This document shows positions 19,148 to 28,265 of a DNA stretch of 64,000 bases, one piece after another. The translations under genes were made by a program, and so were the position numbers. The stretch's first letter is position 1. Every line of letters starts with the position of its first letter. Below the pieces are notes generated by a model, which was given only the letters and a program-made list of their open reading frames with translations, was not told the origin of the DNA and ran no database searches. The stretch lies in the NCBI GenBank assembly GCA_018821925.1, contig JAHJLF010000030.1, positions 5,851 to 69,850 on the forward strand. The letters are read 5' to 3'. Source of the DNA: Candidatus Edwardsbacteria bacterium. GTDB taxonomy: Bacteria; Edwardsbacteria; AC1; EtOH8.

Positions 19148-21406
19148 TTGGCCGCTGAGCAGAATATAAAACCCCAGGAGACCAGCCTCTACGAGGTGAT
19201 AGATCTGTTATGGAGAAGGAAGACCCTGATCCTGGTCTGCCTGGCCGGGATATTGCTGCCTATCATCATCGCCAACTTCACCCTGCCGCCGGTCTACGAG
19301 AGCCAGACCACCATCATCTTCGAGCAGAGCCGGGAGCCTATTGCTGCTTTCGATGTTTCCGATGCCTTCAGCCGCAAGAGCTACATCGTCAACCAGATTG
19401 AGGAGATCAAGGCCCGGACCCTGGCCGAGGAGGTGGCCCAGAAGCTGGACCCCGAGACCGCCGCCGAGATACTTAAGGACCAGGACCGGGGGTTATCAGA
19501 GGAGGGCCGGTATCAAATTTTATCCCAGCGGATAAAGAAGGGCATCTCGGCCGAGCCCATCCGGGACTCCGACGTGATCCTGATAAAATTCCAGGGGCCC
19601 ACCCCGGCCAGCGCGGCCCGGGCGGTCAACCTGGTGGCCGAGACGGTCAAGGAACGCAGTTCCAAGGTCAAGAGGGAGCAGGCCTCATCCACCAGAAAAT
19701 TCATCGAGGTCCAGCTGCCGGCGGTGGAGGCCGGGCTGGCCAAGGCCGAGGATGCCATCAAGGGATTCAAGTCCCGCAATCAGGTGGTATCGCTGTCCGA
19801 CGAGGCCCGGGAGGTGCTGTCCCGGATGACGGAGATAGACAAGATGTACGCCGTTACCGTTACCCAAAAGATGGCCCTGGAGAAAAAGTTGGAAGCCATC
19901 TACTCCAAATTAGATTATAAAGCAGATTTCTCCGATGGCGGCAGTAAAATGACCTCCGGTGCGGTGGCCGACTCTCTAAGGAAAAGCCTGCTGGACCTGC
20001 AGATCGAGGCCACCCAGCTTTCCATCAAGGGCTACCTGCCGGAACACCCCCAGATACACAAGCTGAACAAACAGATCGAGGCCACCAAGAATAAGCTGGT
20101 GGAGGAGCTGGCCAACATCAATAAAGGGGGCCTGGCCAAGCCTATGCCGGAGATGTCCGACTTGCTGGCCCAGATACCGCCCCTGCAGATAGAGCTGATC
20201 TCCCTGGAGGCCCGGGAGCTGGCCATCAGGGATTTCAGCACCGGCTACGAGAGCGACCTCTCCAAGCTGCCCTACAAGGAGCTGGAGCTGACCCGGCTGC
20301 TGCGGGCCAAGGATGTCAACGAGAACATCTATAAGATGCTGCTGGAGAAATACGAGGAGGCCAAGATCACTGAGGCCGGCAAGATCGGCAATGTCCGGGT
20401 GATCGACCCGGCCAAGGAACCCCTGAGTCCAATAAAACCCCGCAAGGCGTTGAATATCTTGATCGGCCTGGTGGTGGGGCTGGTGCTGGGGGTGGGCCTG
20501 TCATTCTTCCTGGACTCCATGGACAATTCGGTCAAGACCGCCGAGGAGATAGAGACCAATTTCGGGATACCGGTGCTGGGCCTAATTCCCAGCATTCAGT
20601 CAGAAGGCTCACGCCGGAAAAAGAAAAACGGCCAGGACGAGATAACAAAGATTGCCTCCACATTGGTGACCAAATACACCCCCCGCTCGCCCATCTCCGA
20701 GGCCTACCGGGCCATCCGGACCAACATCCAGTTCTCCAAGATCGATGCCCCACTGCGCTCCATCGTGGTGACCTCGGCCGCGCCATCGGAGGGCAAGTCC
20801 ACCACCGTGGCCAACCTGGCCTTCACCACCGCCCTGGCCGGGGCCAAGACCCTGCTGATAGACGCCGACCTGCGGCGCCCGGTGGTCCATTCGCTATTCG
20901 GGCTGGAGCGGGAGCCGGGGATGACCAACATTCTGGCCGAGCGGCTGGCCCCGGAAAAGGTGATCAAGCCCTCCGGGGTGGAGAACCTGGACATCCTGAC
21001 CTGCGGGGCCATCCCGCCAAACCCCTCGGAGCTTTTAGGCTCCCAGAGGATGAAAGAGCTGGTCAATCAGCTTAAAGGGAAATACGATCTGATATTGTTC
21101 GACAGTCCGCCGGTGATCACCGTTACCGACACCGCGGTGCTGTCCAACCAGGTGGAGGGGGTGGTGCTGGTGGTGCTCTCCCACGGCACCGACCGCCGGG
21201 CTTTGGCCCGGGCAAAATCGCTTCTTACCAATGTCAACGCCAATATTCTGGGTTCGATCCTCAATAAAATAGACCTGACCGGGATCGGCTCAAGCTATGA
21301 TTATTACTATCACTATCATTATTACTACTACAGCGACGACGGCCAAAAGGTCAAACGCAAAGGGCGGTTCTGGGATATCCTGCGTCCGGGGGGAAAGCGG
21401 GGGTAG
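19148..21406 (+). CDS. Wzc/GumC-type polysaccharide co-polymerase with BY tyrosine-kinase domain
   Basis: Two TMs flanking a coiled-coil periplasmic domain; Walker A SEGKST, IDADLRRP, LFDSPP; C-terminal Tyr cluster YDYYYHYHYYYY. TTG start. Confidence 0.93.
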   Translation: MAAEQNIKPQETSLYEVIDLLWRRKTLILVCLAGILLPIIIANFTLPPVYESQTTIIFEQSREPIAAFDVSDAFSRKSYIVNQIEEIKARTLAEEVAQKLDPETAAEILKDQDRGLSEEGRYQILSQRIKKGISAEPIRDSDVILIKFQGPTPASAARAVNLVAETVKERSSKVKREQASSTRKFIEVQLPAVEAGLAKAEDAIKGFKSRNQVVSLSDEAREVLSRMTEIDKMYAVTVTQKMALEKKLEAIYSKLDYKADFSDGGSKMTSGAVADSLRKSLLDLQIEATQLSIKGYLPEHPQIHKLNKQIEATKNKLVEELANINKGGLAKPMPEMSDLLAQIPPLQIELISLEARELAIRDFSTGYESDLSKLPYKELELTRLLRAKDVNENIYKMLLEKYEEAKITEAGKIGNVRVIDPAKEPLSPIKPRKALNILIGLVVGLVLGVGLSFFLDSMDNSVKTAEEIETNFGIPVLGLIPSIQSEGSRRKKKNGQDEITKIASTLVTKYTPRSPISEAYRAIRTNIQFSKIDAPLRSIVVTSAAPSEGKSTTVANLAFTTALAGAKTLLIDADLRRPVVHSLFGLEREPGMTNILAERLAPEKVIKPSGVENLDILTCGAIPPNPSELLGSQRMKELVNQLKGKYDLILFDSPPVITVTDTAVLSNQVEGVVLVVLSHGTDRRALARAKSLLTNVNANILGSILNKIDLTGIGSSYDYYYHYHYYYYSDDGQKVKRKGRFWDILRPGGKRG

Positions 21407-21490
21407 CCAGTGGCCGAGTTGCCGGTGTTTCGATACATTCCTTCGGAACACTCAACGGCCGGCAGTATCGAGGCTACTGGCTAGGATCCG

Positions 21491-21529
21491 GACCCCACCC
21501 CACCCTCCCCTAAAGCATTAGAAGAGGGA
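21491..21529. repeat. GACC..CCCT/AGGG palindrome family copy
   Basis: gaccccaccccaccctcccctaaagcattagaagaggga; core matches the copies at 51765 and 62971. Confidence 0.7.
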
Positions 21530-21601
21530 ATAATTTACCTCAGCGTCTCTGCGGTGAAAAAACTTCGCAACAATCATACAATAACTTTTATATAACAAGA
21601 A

Positions 21602-22609
21602 ATGTCTGACATCAAAGTAGCGGTAGTAGGCTGCGGCCAGTGGGGAACGAACCAGGTCCGGACCTATGCCAGCTTACCAGGGGCTTCTTTAGCCTGGCTG
21701 GTGGACGCCAGCCCCAAGAATCTTCAGCGGGCTAAAAATTTTTCCGAGACCGCCAAAACGGCCGGGGAGCTTAAAGAGGCCCTGCAGGACAAAGATCTCC
21801 AGGCGGTGGTGATCGCCACCAATTCCGAATCGCACCATGCCCTGGCCAAAATGTCTTTAGAGGCCGGCAAGCACGTGATGGTGGAGAAACCCCTGGCCCT
21901 CAATGTCAAGGATGCCAAGGAGCTGGTGAAGATCGCCAAAGACAAGGACCTGATACTGATGACCGGCCACCTCCTGCTGTACCATCCGGCGGTCAGGTAT
22001 TTGAAGGAACTGGTGAATAGCGGCGAGCTGGGCCAGATCCTCTATCTGTACTCCACCCGGGTCAACCTGGGAGCCATCCGCAAGAACGAGAATGCCCTAT
22101 GGAGCCTGGCCCCCCACGACATCTCGGTGATGCTCTATTTGATGGACCAGAACCCGGACAAGGCACTGGCCAACGGAAAATGTTTTCTGCAGAAGGACAT
22201 CGAGGACGTGGTGTTCTTCTCGCTGGATTTCCCCGGCGGGCAGGTGGCCCAGGCCCAGGTATCGTGGCTGGATCCCCACAAGATCCGCAAATTCACGGTG
22301 GTGGGGAGCAAGAAGATGGTGACATTCGACGACATGGAGGCCACCGAGAAGATCCGGATCTACGACAAGGGGGTCAATCAGGAGAAACGCTATGGCAGTT
22401 ATGACGAAGTGCTGACCCTGAGGGACGGCGATATTCATATTCCGTATTTTAAGATGCAGGAGCCGCTGAAGATAGAAGCCGGGCATTTTATAGAGTGCAT
22501 TAATGAGCATAAAAAACCGTTGAGTGACGGGCAGAACGGGCTGGACGTGGTGAAGATACTGGCGGCGGTGAGCCTTTCGCTGAAAGAGGAACGAGCGGTT
22601 AAGATATAA
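21602..22609 (+). CDS. Gfo/Idh/MocA oxidoreductase (nucleotide-sugar dehydrogenase-like)
   Basis: GCGQWG, VEKPLA, LWSLAPHDIS, VSWLDPHKIR. Confidence 0.9.
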   Translation: MSDIKVAVVGCGQWGTNQVRTYASLPGASLAWLVDASPKNLQRAKNFSETAKTAGELKEALQDKDLQAVVIATNSESHHALAKMSLEAGKHVMVEKPLALNVKDAKELVKIAKDKDLILMTGHLLLYHPAVRYLKELVNSGELGQILYLYSTRVNLGAIRKNENALWSLAPHDISVMLYLMDQNPDKALANGKCFLQKDIEDVVFFSLDFPGGQVAQAQVSWLDPHKIRKFTVVGSKKMVTFDDMEATEKIRIYDKGVNQEKRYGSYDEVLTLRDGDIHIPYFKMQEPLKIEAGHFIECINEHKKPLSDGQNGLDVVKILAAVSLSLKEERAVKI

Positions 22610-22655
22610 AAATGACAAGCATTCGGAACCGATATAACTGAATAATGTTTTTTTG

Positions 22656-22678
22656 CCGGTCTTACGACCGGTTTTTTT
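22656..22678 (+). terminator. Intrinsic terminator
   Basis: CCGGTC-ttac-GACCGG followed by T7. Confidence 0.7.
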
Positions 22679-22699
22679 ATTGCCCAGACAATTTAGGTA

Positions 22700-22923
22700 G
22701 ATTGCTTCACTTCGGTAGCCATTCAAGGTGCCGGGCTCAGTGCAGGCTCTTGCCAGGCGTGGATGTCTTTTCGCAATGACACGGGGTTCAGCGGGGCGGT
22801 AAAGGGGGCGGGTCTGAGACCCGCCCCTACGATAATCCCGATTAGAGGCAGGACATACCTATGCTTCTGCGGCAAAAACCAGATTGCTTCACTTGTCAGC
22901 CCCCGGTGTCTTTTCGCAATGAC
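22700..22923. repeat. Cluster of REP-like elements
   Basis: Two GATTGCTTC...TCGCAATGAC units (22700-22780, 22882-22923) and a GGGGCGGGTC/GACCCGCCCC-TAC unit (22799-22830). Confidence 0.7.
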
Positions 22924-23163
22924 ATGATACTAAAGGACAAAAATCTTTGTGTCTTGAGAACCATTAGTAAAAAAATATACGTGAACCCCGTAAAAGCGGG
23001 GGTGCCTTGGTGGTTGAAACCCCCGTCTGTTATTGCCCAAAATTTATACATATTTAATACTTGCTTTAAACCGGTTGTTGTTATAAAATAAGATGTTAAA
23101 ACATTTTTGTCAAACCACTTAGACAATATAATCAATAATAATACCTTTTCAGGGAGGGATGCC

Positions 23164-24828
23164 ATGCCTGCGCCAAAAAAGAAAAAGACCATACACGGGG
23201 CCGTCTCCCGCCGGACCGCCCTGATGCCCACCGCCAAGAGCGAGCTCTCCAGCCTCAAGATGAAGCTGAAGGTGCTCCAGCGGGTCAACGAGATCGCCGC
23301 CAGAACCTTCGATGTCCAGCCTCTTTTAGACCGGGCCATGGACCTGGTGACAGAGATCGCGCCCTCCGAGGCCGGGTCATTACTGTTATTGTCCTCCGAT
23401 CGCACAACTTTGAAATTCTCCATCGTCAAGGGACCGGCCGCCCCCAAGCTGGAGGGGCTGGAAGTTCCTGTCGGGCAGGGCATCGCCGGCTGGGTGGCCA
23501 AGACCGGCATCCCGCTGATCGTCAATGACGTGGCCTCCGAGCCCAAGTGGAAGAAGGAGATCGCCGACAATGTGGAGTTCCCCACCCGCAGTATCCTGTG
23601 CGTGCCCTTAAAATCGCGGGCCGAGGTGATCGGGGTGGTGGAGCTGATCAATAAGCTGAGGGACGAGGACTACAACGACGACGACCTGGAGATCATTGAA
23701 CTGCTGGGAGCCCATCTGTCCACCCTAATAGAGAACAGCCGGCTGTATTCCGAGGCCCGGGAGAAGGTGGAGCGCATCTCCGCCATGGCCGAAACATCGG
23801 CCTTGATCTCCTCTTCATTAGACGTCAAACGGGTGCTGGAGACGGTGATGACGGTGGCCAAGGACGTCATCGATGCCGAGGCCTCATCCATATTTTTATA
23901 TGACGAGGAGAAGCACGAGTTCTTCTTTGAGATCGCCACCGGCGATGCCGGCGATGCGGTCAAACAGATACGGGTGCCGTGGGGCAAGGGGATGGTGGGC
24001 TGGGCGGCCGAGCATATGCAGACCCTGCTGGTGCCGGACGTCACCAAGGATCCCCGCTTCTATTCCAAGGTGGACGAGAAATCGAAATTCATCACCCGCA
24101 ACGCCATCACCGTGCCCTTAAAGCCCAAGAATAAGCTGATCGGGGTGGCCCAGGTGCTCAATAAGAAGGGCGGGCTGTTCTCTCTGGAGGACGTGGAGCT
24201 GTTCGAGACCCTGGCCCGCCAGGCGGCGGTGGCCATCGAGAACGCCAGTCTGTACACCGACCTGCAGGAATTATTCTTAAACTCGATCCGCACCGTGGTC
24301 AGCCTGATAGACGCCAAGGACGACTACACCGCCGGCCATTCCTCTCGGGTTACCCAGTACTCGCTGATGATCGCCGATCAATTGGGCTTCGGGCCTGAGG
24401 ATCGCAAGCGGTTGGAGCTGGCGGCCCTGCTACACGACGTGGGCAAGATCGGGATGCCGGACGCCATCTTAAAGAAACCTTCCGGCCTGACGGCAGAGGA
24501 ATTTGCCATCGTCAAGGACCACCCCAACAAGGGGGCCGAGGCCCTGGAGCCCATCAAGCAGATGAAGGCCATCATCCCCGGGGTGCGCTATCACCACGAG
24601 AAATTAGACGGCAAGGGATATCCGGCCGGCCTGTCCGGCGAACAGGTGCCGCTGGATGCCCAGATCATCTGCGTGGGGGATTCATACGACGCCATGAACT
24701 CCGACCGGCCCTACAGGAAAGGGCTGGGGATGGAGGAATCGGTCAGACGTCTGCGCCAGGACAGCGGGACCCAGTTCAATCCCAAATTAGTGGAGGCTTT
24801 CGTCAAAGCACTGGAGGAGGATAAATGA
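23164..24828 (+). CDS. GAF-GAF-HD-GYP phosphodiesterase
   Basis: Two GAF repeats (GIAGWVAKTG, GMVGWAAEH); LHDVGKIG and HHEKLDGKGYP; GGGAGG RBS before ATG 23164 (ORF track starts at 23107). Confidence 0.92.
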   Translation: MPAPKKKKTIHGAVSRRTALMPTAKSELSSLKMKLKVLQRVNEIAARTFDVQPLLDRAMDLVTEIAPSEAGSLLLLSSDRTTLKFSIVKGPAAPKLEGLEVPVGQGIAGWVAKTGIPLIVNDVASEPKWKKEIADNVEFPTRSILCVPLKSRAEVIGVVELINKLRDEDYNDDDLEIIELLGAHLSTLIENSRLYSEAREKVERISAMAETSALISSSLDVKRVLETVMTVAKDVIDAEASSIFLYDEEKHEFFFEIATGDAGDAVKQIRVPWGKGMVGWAAEHMQTLLVPDVTKDPRFYSKVDEKSKFITRNAITVPLKPKNKLIGVAQVLNKKGGLFSLEDVELFETLARQAAVAIENASLYTDLQELFLNSIRTVVSLIDAKDDYTAGHSSRVTQYSLMIADQLGFGPEDRKRLELAALLHDVGKIGMPDAILKKPSGLTAEEFAIVKDHPNKGAEALEPIKQMKAIIPGVRYHHEKLDGKGYPAGLSGEQVPLDAQIICVGDSYDAMNSDRPYRKGLGMEESVRRLRQDSGTQFNPKLVEAFVKALEEDK

Positions 24829-27101
24829 GCAATGCCCTAAGAAGCAAAAAAACCACCGGAGCTTTGGTGGGAATCGCCGTGGTGGCCGTGGTGCTGGCGG
24901 TCTCATATTTATGGCCCGGCCTGTTCCAGGGGATGGAGAATAAAACATATGATCTGCGCTACCGCTTAAGGGTGGGCCAGATGGGCGAACAGGACATCGA
25001 TGATGTGGTGATCGTTGATATTGATGAGACATCACTGGCCCAGCTAGGCAGATTCTATAATTGGCCCCGGCTGTATCATGCCAAGGTGGCCGATTATCTG
25101 GCCCAGGGCGGCGCGGCGGCGGTGTCCTTCGATATCCTGTTCATGGAGTCCGACAGCCTGACCCCCAATATGATCCAGCTCTATCAAGACACCAAGACGG
25201 AGCAGATTCAGGAAAAATTATTATTATTGACGCCCAAGAAACAAAAGATCTTACCGCCGGCGGAGGTAATCCAAACGGTGCTGGAGGCCTGGGGATACGA
25301 TCAGGATTTCGGCGCGGTGACCGGGCAGTCGGGAATCGCTTATTTTCCCTTCTACTTGTCCACCGGGGAGCCTAACGACAGCTCGGACCTCAGCACCCGG
25401 AGGTGGGTTTACTCCTTCCCTGCCGAAGTTACTGAAAAATATAAATATATCATGTCTTCCGGGGATCTCTATCAGGTGGCCACCCTCTCACCTCCGGTTC
25501 CGACCCTTTTGGAATCGGCCCGGGGGACCGGGTATTACAACATCGAGCCGGATGATGACGGGGTAACCCGCCGCCAGCCCCTGTTCCTGGCCCTCAATGA
25601 CCGCAATTACGCCTCGATGGACTTCCAGATCGTGCTGGACATACTGGGGATCAAAAAAGAAGAGGTAACGGTAGAATTGGGTAAGTATATCCGGGCCGGG
25701 GATAAATTAAAGATTCCCATAGACCAGAACGGCAGGATGTTGATAACCTACTTCGGGCAGTACAAGAAATTCCGCTATATCTCATATTCCGATGTCCTGA
25801 CAGAGAATGTACCGGCCGAATATTTCAAGGATAAGATCGTAATCATCGGGGCCACCGCTGCCGGTTTAATGGATCTGCGGGTGGTGCCCTTCTCAAATAT
25901 CTTTCCTGGCCCGGAGATCCACGCCAGCATCATGGAGACCATGCTGTCGGGAAAATTCGTGCAGGTTATTCCCTGGCACATACAATTGGCCATGCTGATA
26001 GCCTTCGGCCTGCTGACGGTGTTTGTCTCCCTGCGCTTCAAGCCGGTTATCGCCGGCCTGGTTCTTTTCGCGCTTATGGCATTTTATCTAATAGCCGCCA
26101 ACTGGGTGTTTGAAAGGTCGCTGCTCTGGATAGAAATGGTACGGCCCCTGGCGGTGGTGCTGTTCACCAACATGGCCATTCTGGGCTACCGCTACCTGAC
26201 CGAGGAGAAGCAGAAGGTCTGGATCAAGAACATGTTCCAGGGCTACATGTCCAAGGATCTGGTGGACAAGATCATGGCCAACCCCGATCTTCTGCTGATG
26301 GGCGGCGACAAGAAGGAGATCACCGTCTTCTTCTCGGACATCAGGGGCTTCTCCTCGTTCTCGGAAAAATTAGGCACCCCGGAGCGGCTGATCGCCCTGA
26401 TCAACGAATACCTGGGCAACATGTCGGACGTGGTGCTGGAGCACGGCGGATACATCAGCAAGTACGAGGGTGACGCCATCATGGCCTTCTGGGGCGCCCC
26501 CACCGATGATCCCCAGCACGCCGAGACCTGCATCAAGTGCGTCTGGGCCATGAATCAGCGGCTGAAAGTTCTCAACGCCGACCTGGCCAAACGGCAGATG
26601 CCCAATCTGTTCACCCGGTTCGGAATCAACACCGGCCAGGTGACGGTGGGCAACGTGGGTTCGGAGCGCAAGAAATCATACACCGCCATGGGCGACTCGG
26701 TTAACCTGGGTTCGCGCTTAGAGGGGGCCAACAAGGAATACGGCACCGCCATCATGATCTCGGAGTTCACCTACGCCAAGGTCACCGGGCTGTATCCGGT
26801 CCGGGAGCTGGACCTACTGAGGGTGGTGGGCAAGGAACAGCCGGTGCGGGTGTACGAACTGCTGGGCTTGTCCGAGGCCGACGTGCCGGAGAAGAAGAAG
26901 CAAGCGGTGGAGATCTATTTAAAGGGCTTGGCGGAGTACCGGGCCAAGAACTGGGATGGTGCTATCGCCCTGTTTCAGCAGGCCCTGGAGGTGGACCCCG
27001 AGGACGGGCCCAGCCAGACCTATATCGGGCGCTGCGAGGACTTCAAGGTCCTGCCCCCGCCGGAGAACTGGGACGGCGTGTTCGTGATGAAGACGAAATA
27101 G
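24825..27101 (+). CDS. CHASE2 sensor - class III adenylate cyclase with C-terminal TPR
   Basis: CHASE2 'DVVIVDIDETSL..GRFYNWPR'; cyclase FSDIRGFS, KYEGDAIMAFWG, YTAMGDSVNLGSRLEG; ATGA overlap with the upstream gene. Confidence 0.92.
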   Translation: MSNALRSKKTTGALVGIAVVAVVLAVSYLWPGLFQGMENKTYDLRYRLRVGQMGEQDIDDVVIVDIDETSLAQLGRFYNWPRLYHAKVADYLAQGGAAAVSFDILFMESDSLTPNMIQLYQDTKTEQIQEKLLLLTPKKQKILPPAEVIQTVLEAWGYDQDFGAVTGQSGIAYFPFYLSTGEPNDSSDLSTRRWVYSFPAEVTEKYKYIMSSGDLYQVATLSPPVPTLLESARGTGYYNIEPDDDGVTRRQPLFLALNDRNYASMDFQIVLDILGIKKEEVTVELGKYIRAGDKLKIPIDQNGRMLITYFGQYKKFRYISYSDVLTENVPAEYFKDKIVIIGATAAGLMDLRVVPFSNIFPGPEIHASIMETMLSGKFVQVIPWHIQLAMLIAFGLLTVFVSLRFKPVIAGLVLFALMAFYLIAANWVFERSLLWIEMVRPLAVVLFTNMAILGYRYLTEEKQKVWIKNMFQGYMSKDLVDKIMANPDLLLMGGDKKEITVFFSDIRGFSSFSEKLGTPERLIALINEYLGNMSDVVLEHGGYISKYEGDAIMAFWGAPTDDPQHAETCIKCVWAMNQRLKVLNADLAKRQMPNLFTRFGINTGQVTVGNVGSERKKSYTAMGDSVNLGSRLEGANKEYGTAIMISEFTYAKVTGLYPVRELDLLRVVGKEQPVRVYELLGLSEADVPEKKKQAVEIYLKGLAEYRAKNWDGAIALFQQALEVDPEDGPSQTYIGRCEDFKVLPPPENWDGVFVMKTK

Positions 27102-27150
27102 ATTATGGTGAATGGATTACGGATCACAGGGGACGATGGGTTTATTAATG

Positions 27151-27192
27151 GTCATTGCGAGAAGACAGCAGAACCGGGCAAATGAAGCAATC
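27151..27192. repeat. REP-like GTCATTGCGAG..GAAGCAATC unit
   Basis: Reverse complement of the units at 22700 and 22882. Confidence 0.65.
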
Positions 27193-27213
27193 TGAAAAAC
27201 TACTATCCTTTTT

Positions 27214-27255
27214 ATCCCCTCGTTGATCAAGGAGGGGACAAAGGGGTGGTCTAAA
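27214..27255. repeat. Palindrome copy left of the DUF559 gene
   Basis: atcccctcgttgatcaaggaggggacaaaggggtggtctaaa; 41/42 identical to 28206-28247. Confidence 0.85.
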
Positions 27256-27274
27256 ATGCTTGGAGTATTAATGC

Positions 27275-27631
27275 ATGACGCAGAGACATAACAAACCGGA
27301 ATATAAACCGGTAAGAAAATATCTGCGCAATAATTCAACCCAGGCTGAGATAATCCTCTGGCGATTTTTAAAGAAAAAACAATTGAACGGTTTGAAGTTC
27401 CGGCGCCAGCATAGCATCGGCGGGTTTATAGTTGACTTTTATTGTCCCGAAAAGAGACTGGCCATAGAGTTGGACGGTGACGTTCATGAGGTGGAGAGGC
27501 AGGCGGGTTATGATAAAGCCAGGCAGAAAGCCATAGAGGCGCTGGGGATAAAAATATTAAGATTTGCCAACGAAGAGGTCATTGAAAACATTGAGGGCGT
27601 CATAAAAGCAATAGCGGCGAAAGCTGATTGA
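27275..27631 (+). CDS. DUF559 (Vsr-like PD-(D/E)xK) endonuclease domain protein
   Basis: 'LRNNSTQAE..LW..L...QL.GLKFRRQH.IG.FIVDFYC....LAIELDG..H' signature. Confidence 0.92.
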   Translation: MTQRHNKPEYKPVRKYLRNNSTQAEIILWRFLKKKQLNGLKFRRQHSIGGFIVDFYCPEKRLAIELDGDVHEVERQAGYDKARQKAIEALGIKILRFANEEVIENIEGVIKAIAAKAD

Positions 27632-27666
27632 CCACTCCCTACCCCCTCCTTGAATAAGGAGGGGAT
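27630..27666. repeat. Palindrome copy right of DUF559, inverted relative to the left copy
   Basis: gaccactccctaccccctccttgaataaggaggggat; starts within the DUF559 stop codon. Confidence 0.8.
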
Positions 27667-27695
27667 GATAAAAGCGTGAATGTTGTGAGGGCAAT

Positions 27696-28178
27696 ATGAA
27701 AAAAGTAATTTTTATTACATGTCTACTTTGGCTTAATGGTGTTTTATTGTATGCTCAACAAACCGATACTACTTTGATAAAAACCGACACCTTGCCAAAG
27801 TATGGGACTTTAAAAGTGATTGTTTTGGATTCTGATACCAAAGAGTTCTTACCGGGAGCAATGGTTATACCGCAAGGATTTGGAGATACAGTATTCACGG
27901 ATATTAACGGCATATGTATAATAAAAGAAGTTATTTCCGGTAACTATAGATTGTTTGTAAAAATACCGACCCACTTCATTTTGTTAACAGATCAATTTAA
28001 AGTGGAAAATAATTTATTAACAAGGATTAAAGTTAAACTAAAACATGATCCCAAGGCACCTATTAATCAGGCTGCAGACGATATGGCAGATAATGTACCA
28101 ATGATACAAAGGGATAAAACGTCATCTTATCGCGTTTACACTGAAGAAGAAATAAAACGATACCCCAGCAAACCGTAA
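27696..28178 (+). CDS. Secreted CarboxypepD_reg-like domain protein (AT-rich)
   Basis: Signal peptide; 'GTLKVIVLDSDTKEFLPGAMV...TDING...GNY'. Confidence 0.7.
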   Translation: MKKVIFITCLLWLNGVLLYAQQTDTTLIKTDTLPKYGTLKVIVLDSDTKEFLPGAMVIPQGFGDTVFTDINGICIIKEVISGNYRLFVKIPTHFILLTDQFKVENNLLTRIKVKLKHDPKAPINQAADDMADNVPMIQRDKTSSYRVYTEEEIKRYPSKP

Positions 28179-28205
28179 TATTTACAGGAACAAACCATTA
28201 CAATG

Positions 28206-28247
28206 ATCCCCTCCTTGATCAAGGAGGGGACAAAGGGGTGGTCTAAA
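28206..28247. repeat. Palindrome copy (direct repeat of 27214-27255)
   Basis: atcccctccttgatcaaggaggggacaaaggggtggtctaaa. Confidence 0.85.
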
Positions 28248-28265
28248 TATCAATCTGACAAATAA

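Noticed and set aside
22975-23040. IS200/IS605-like end hairpin (CCCCGTAAAAGCGGGG)
   Set aside because: No tnpA/tnpB or partner end found; a single short hairpin is insufficient.
22861-23091. 76-aa ORF upstream of the HD-GYP gene
   Set aside because: Runs through REP-like repeats and AT-rich promoter DNA; no RBS or coding bias.
27214-28247. CRISPR array from the 42-bp near-identical repeats
   Set aside because: Only two direct copies about 1 kb apart with genes between them; no regular spacers or cas genes.
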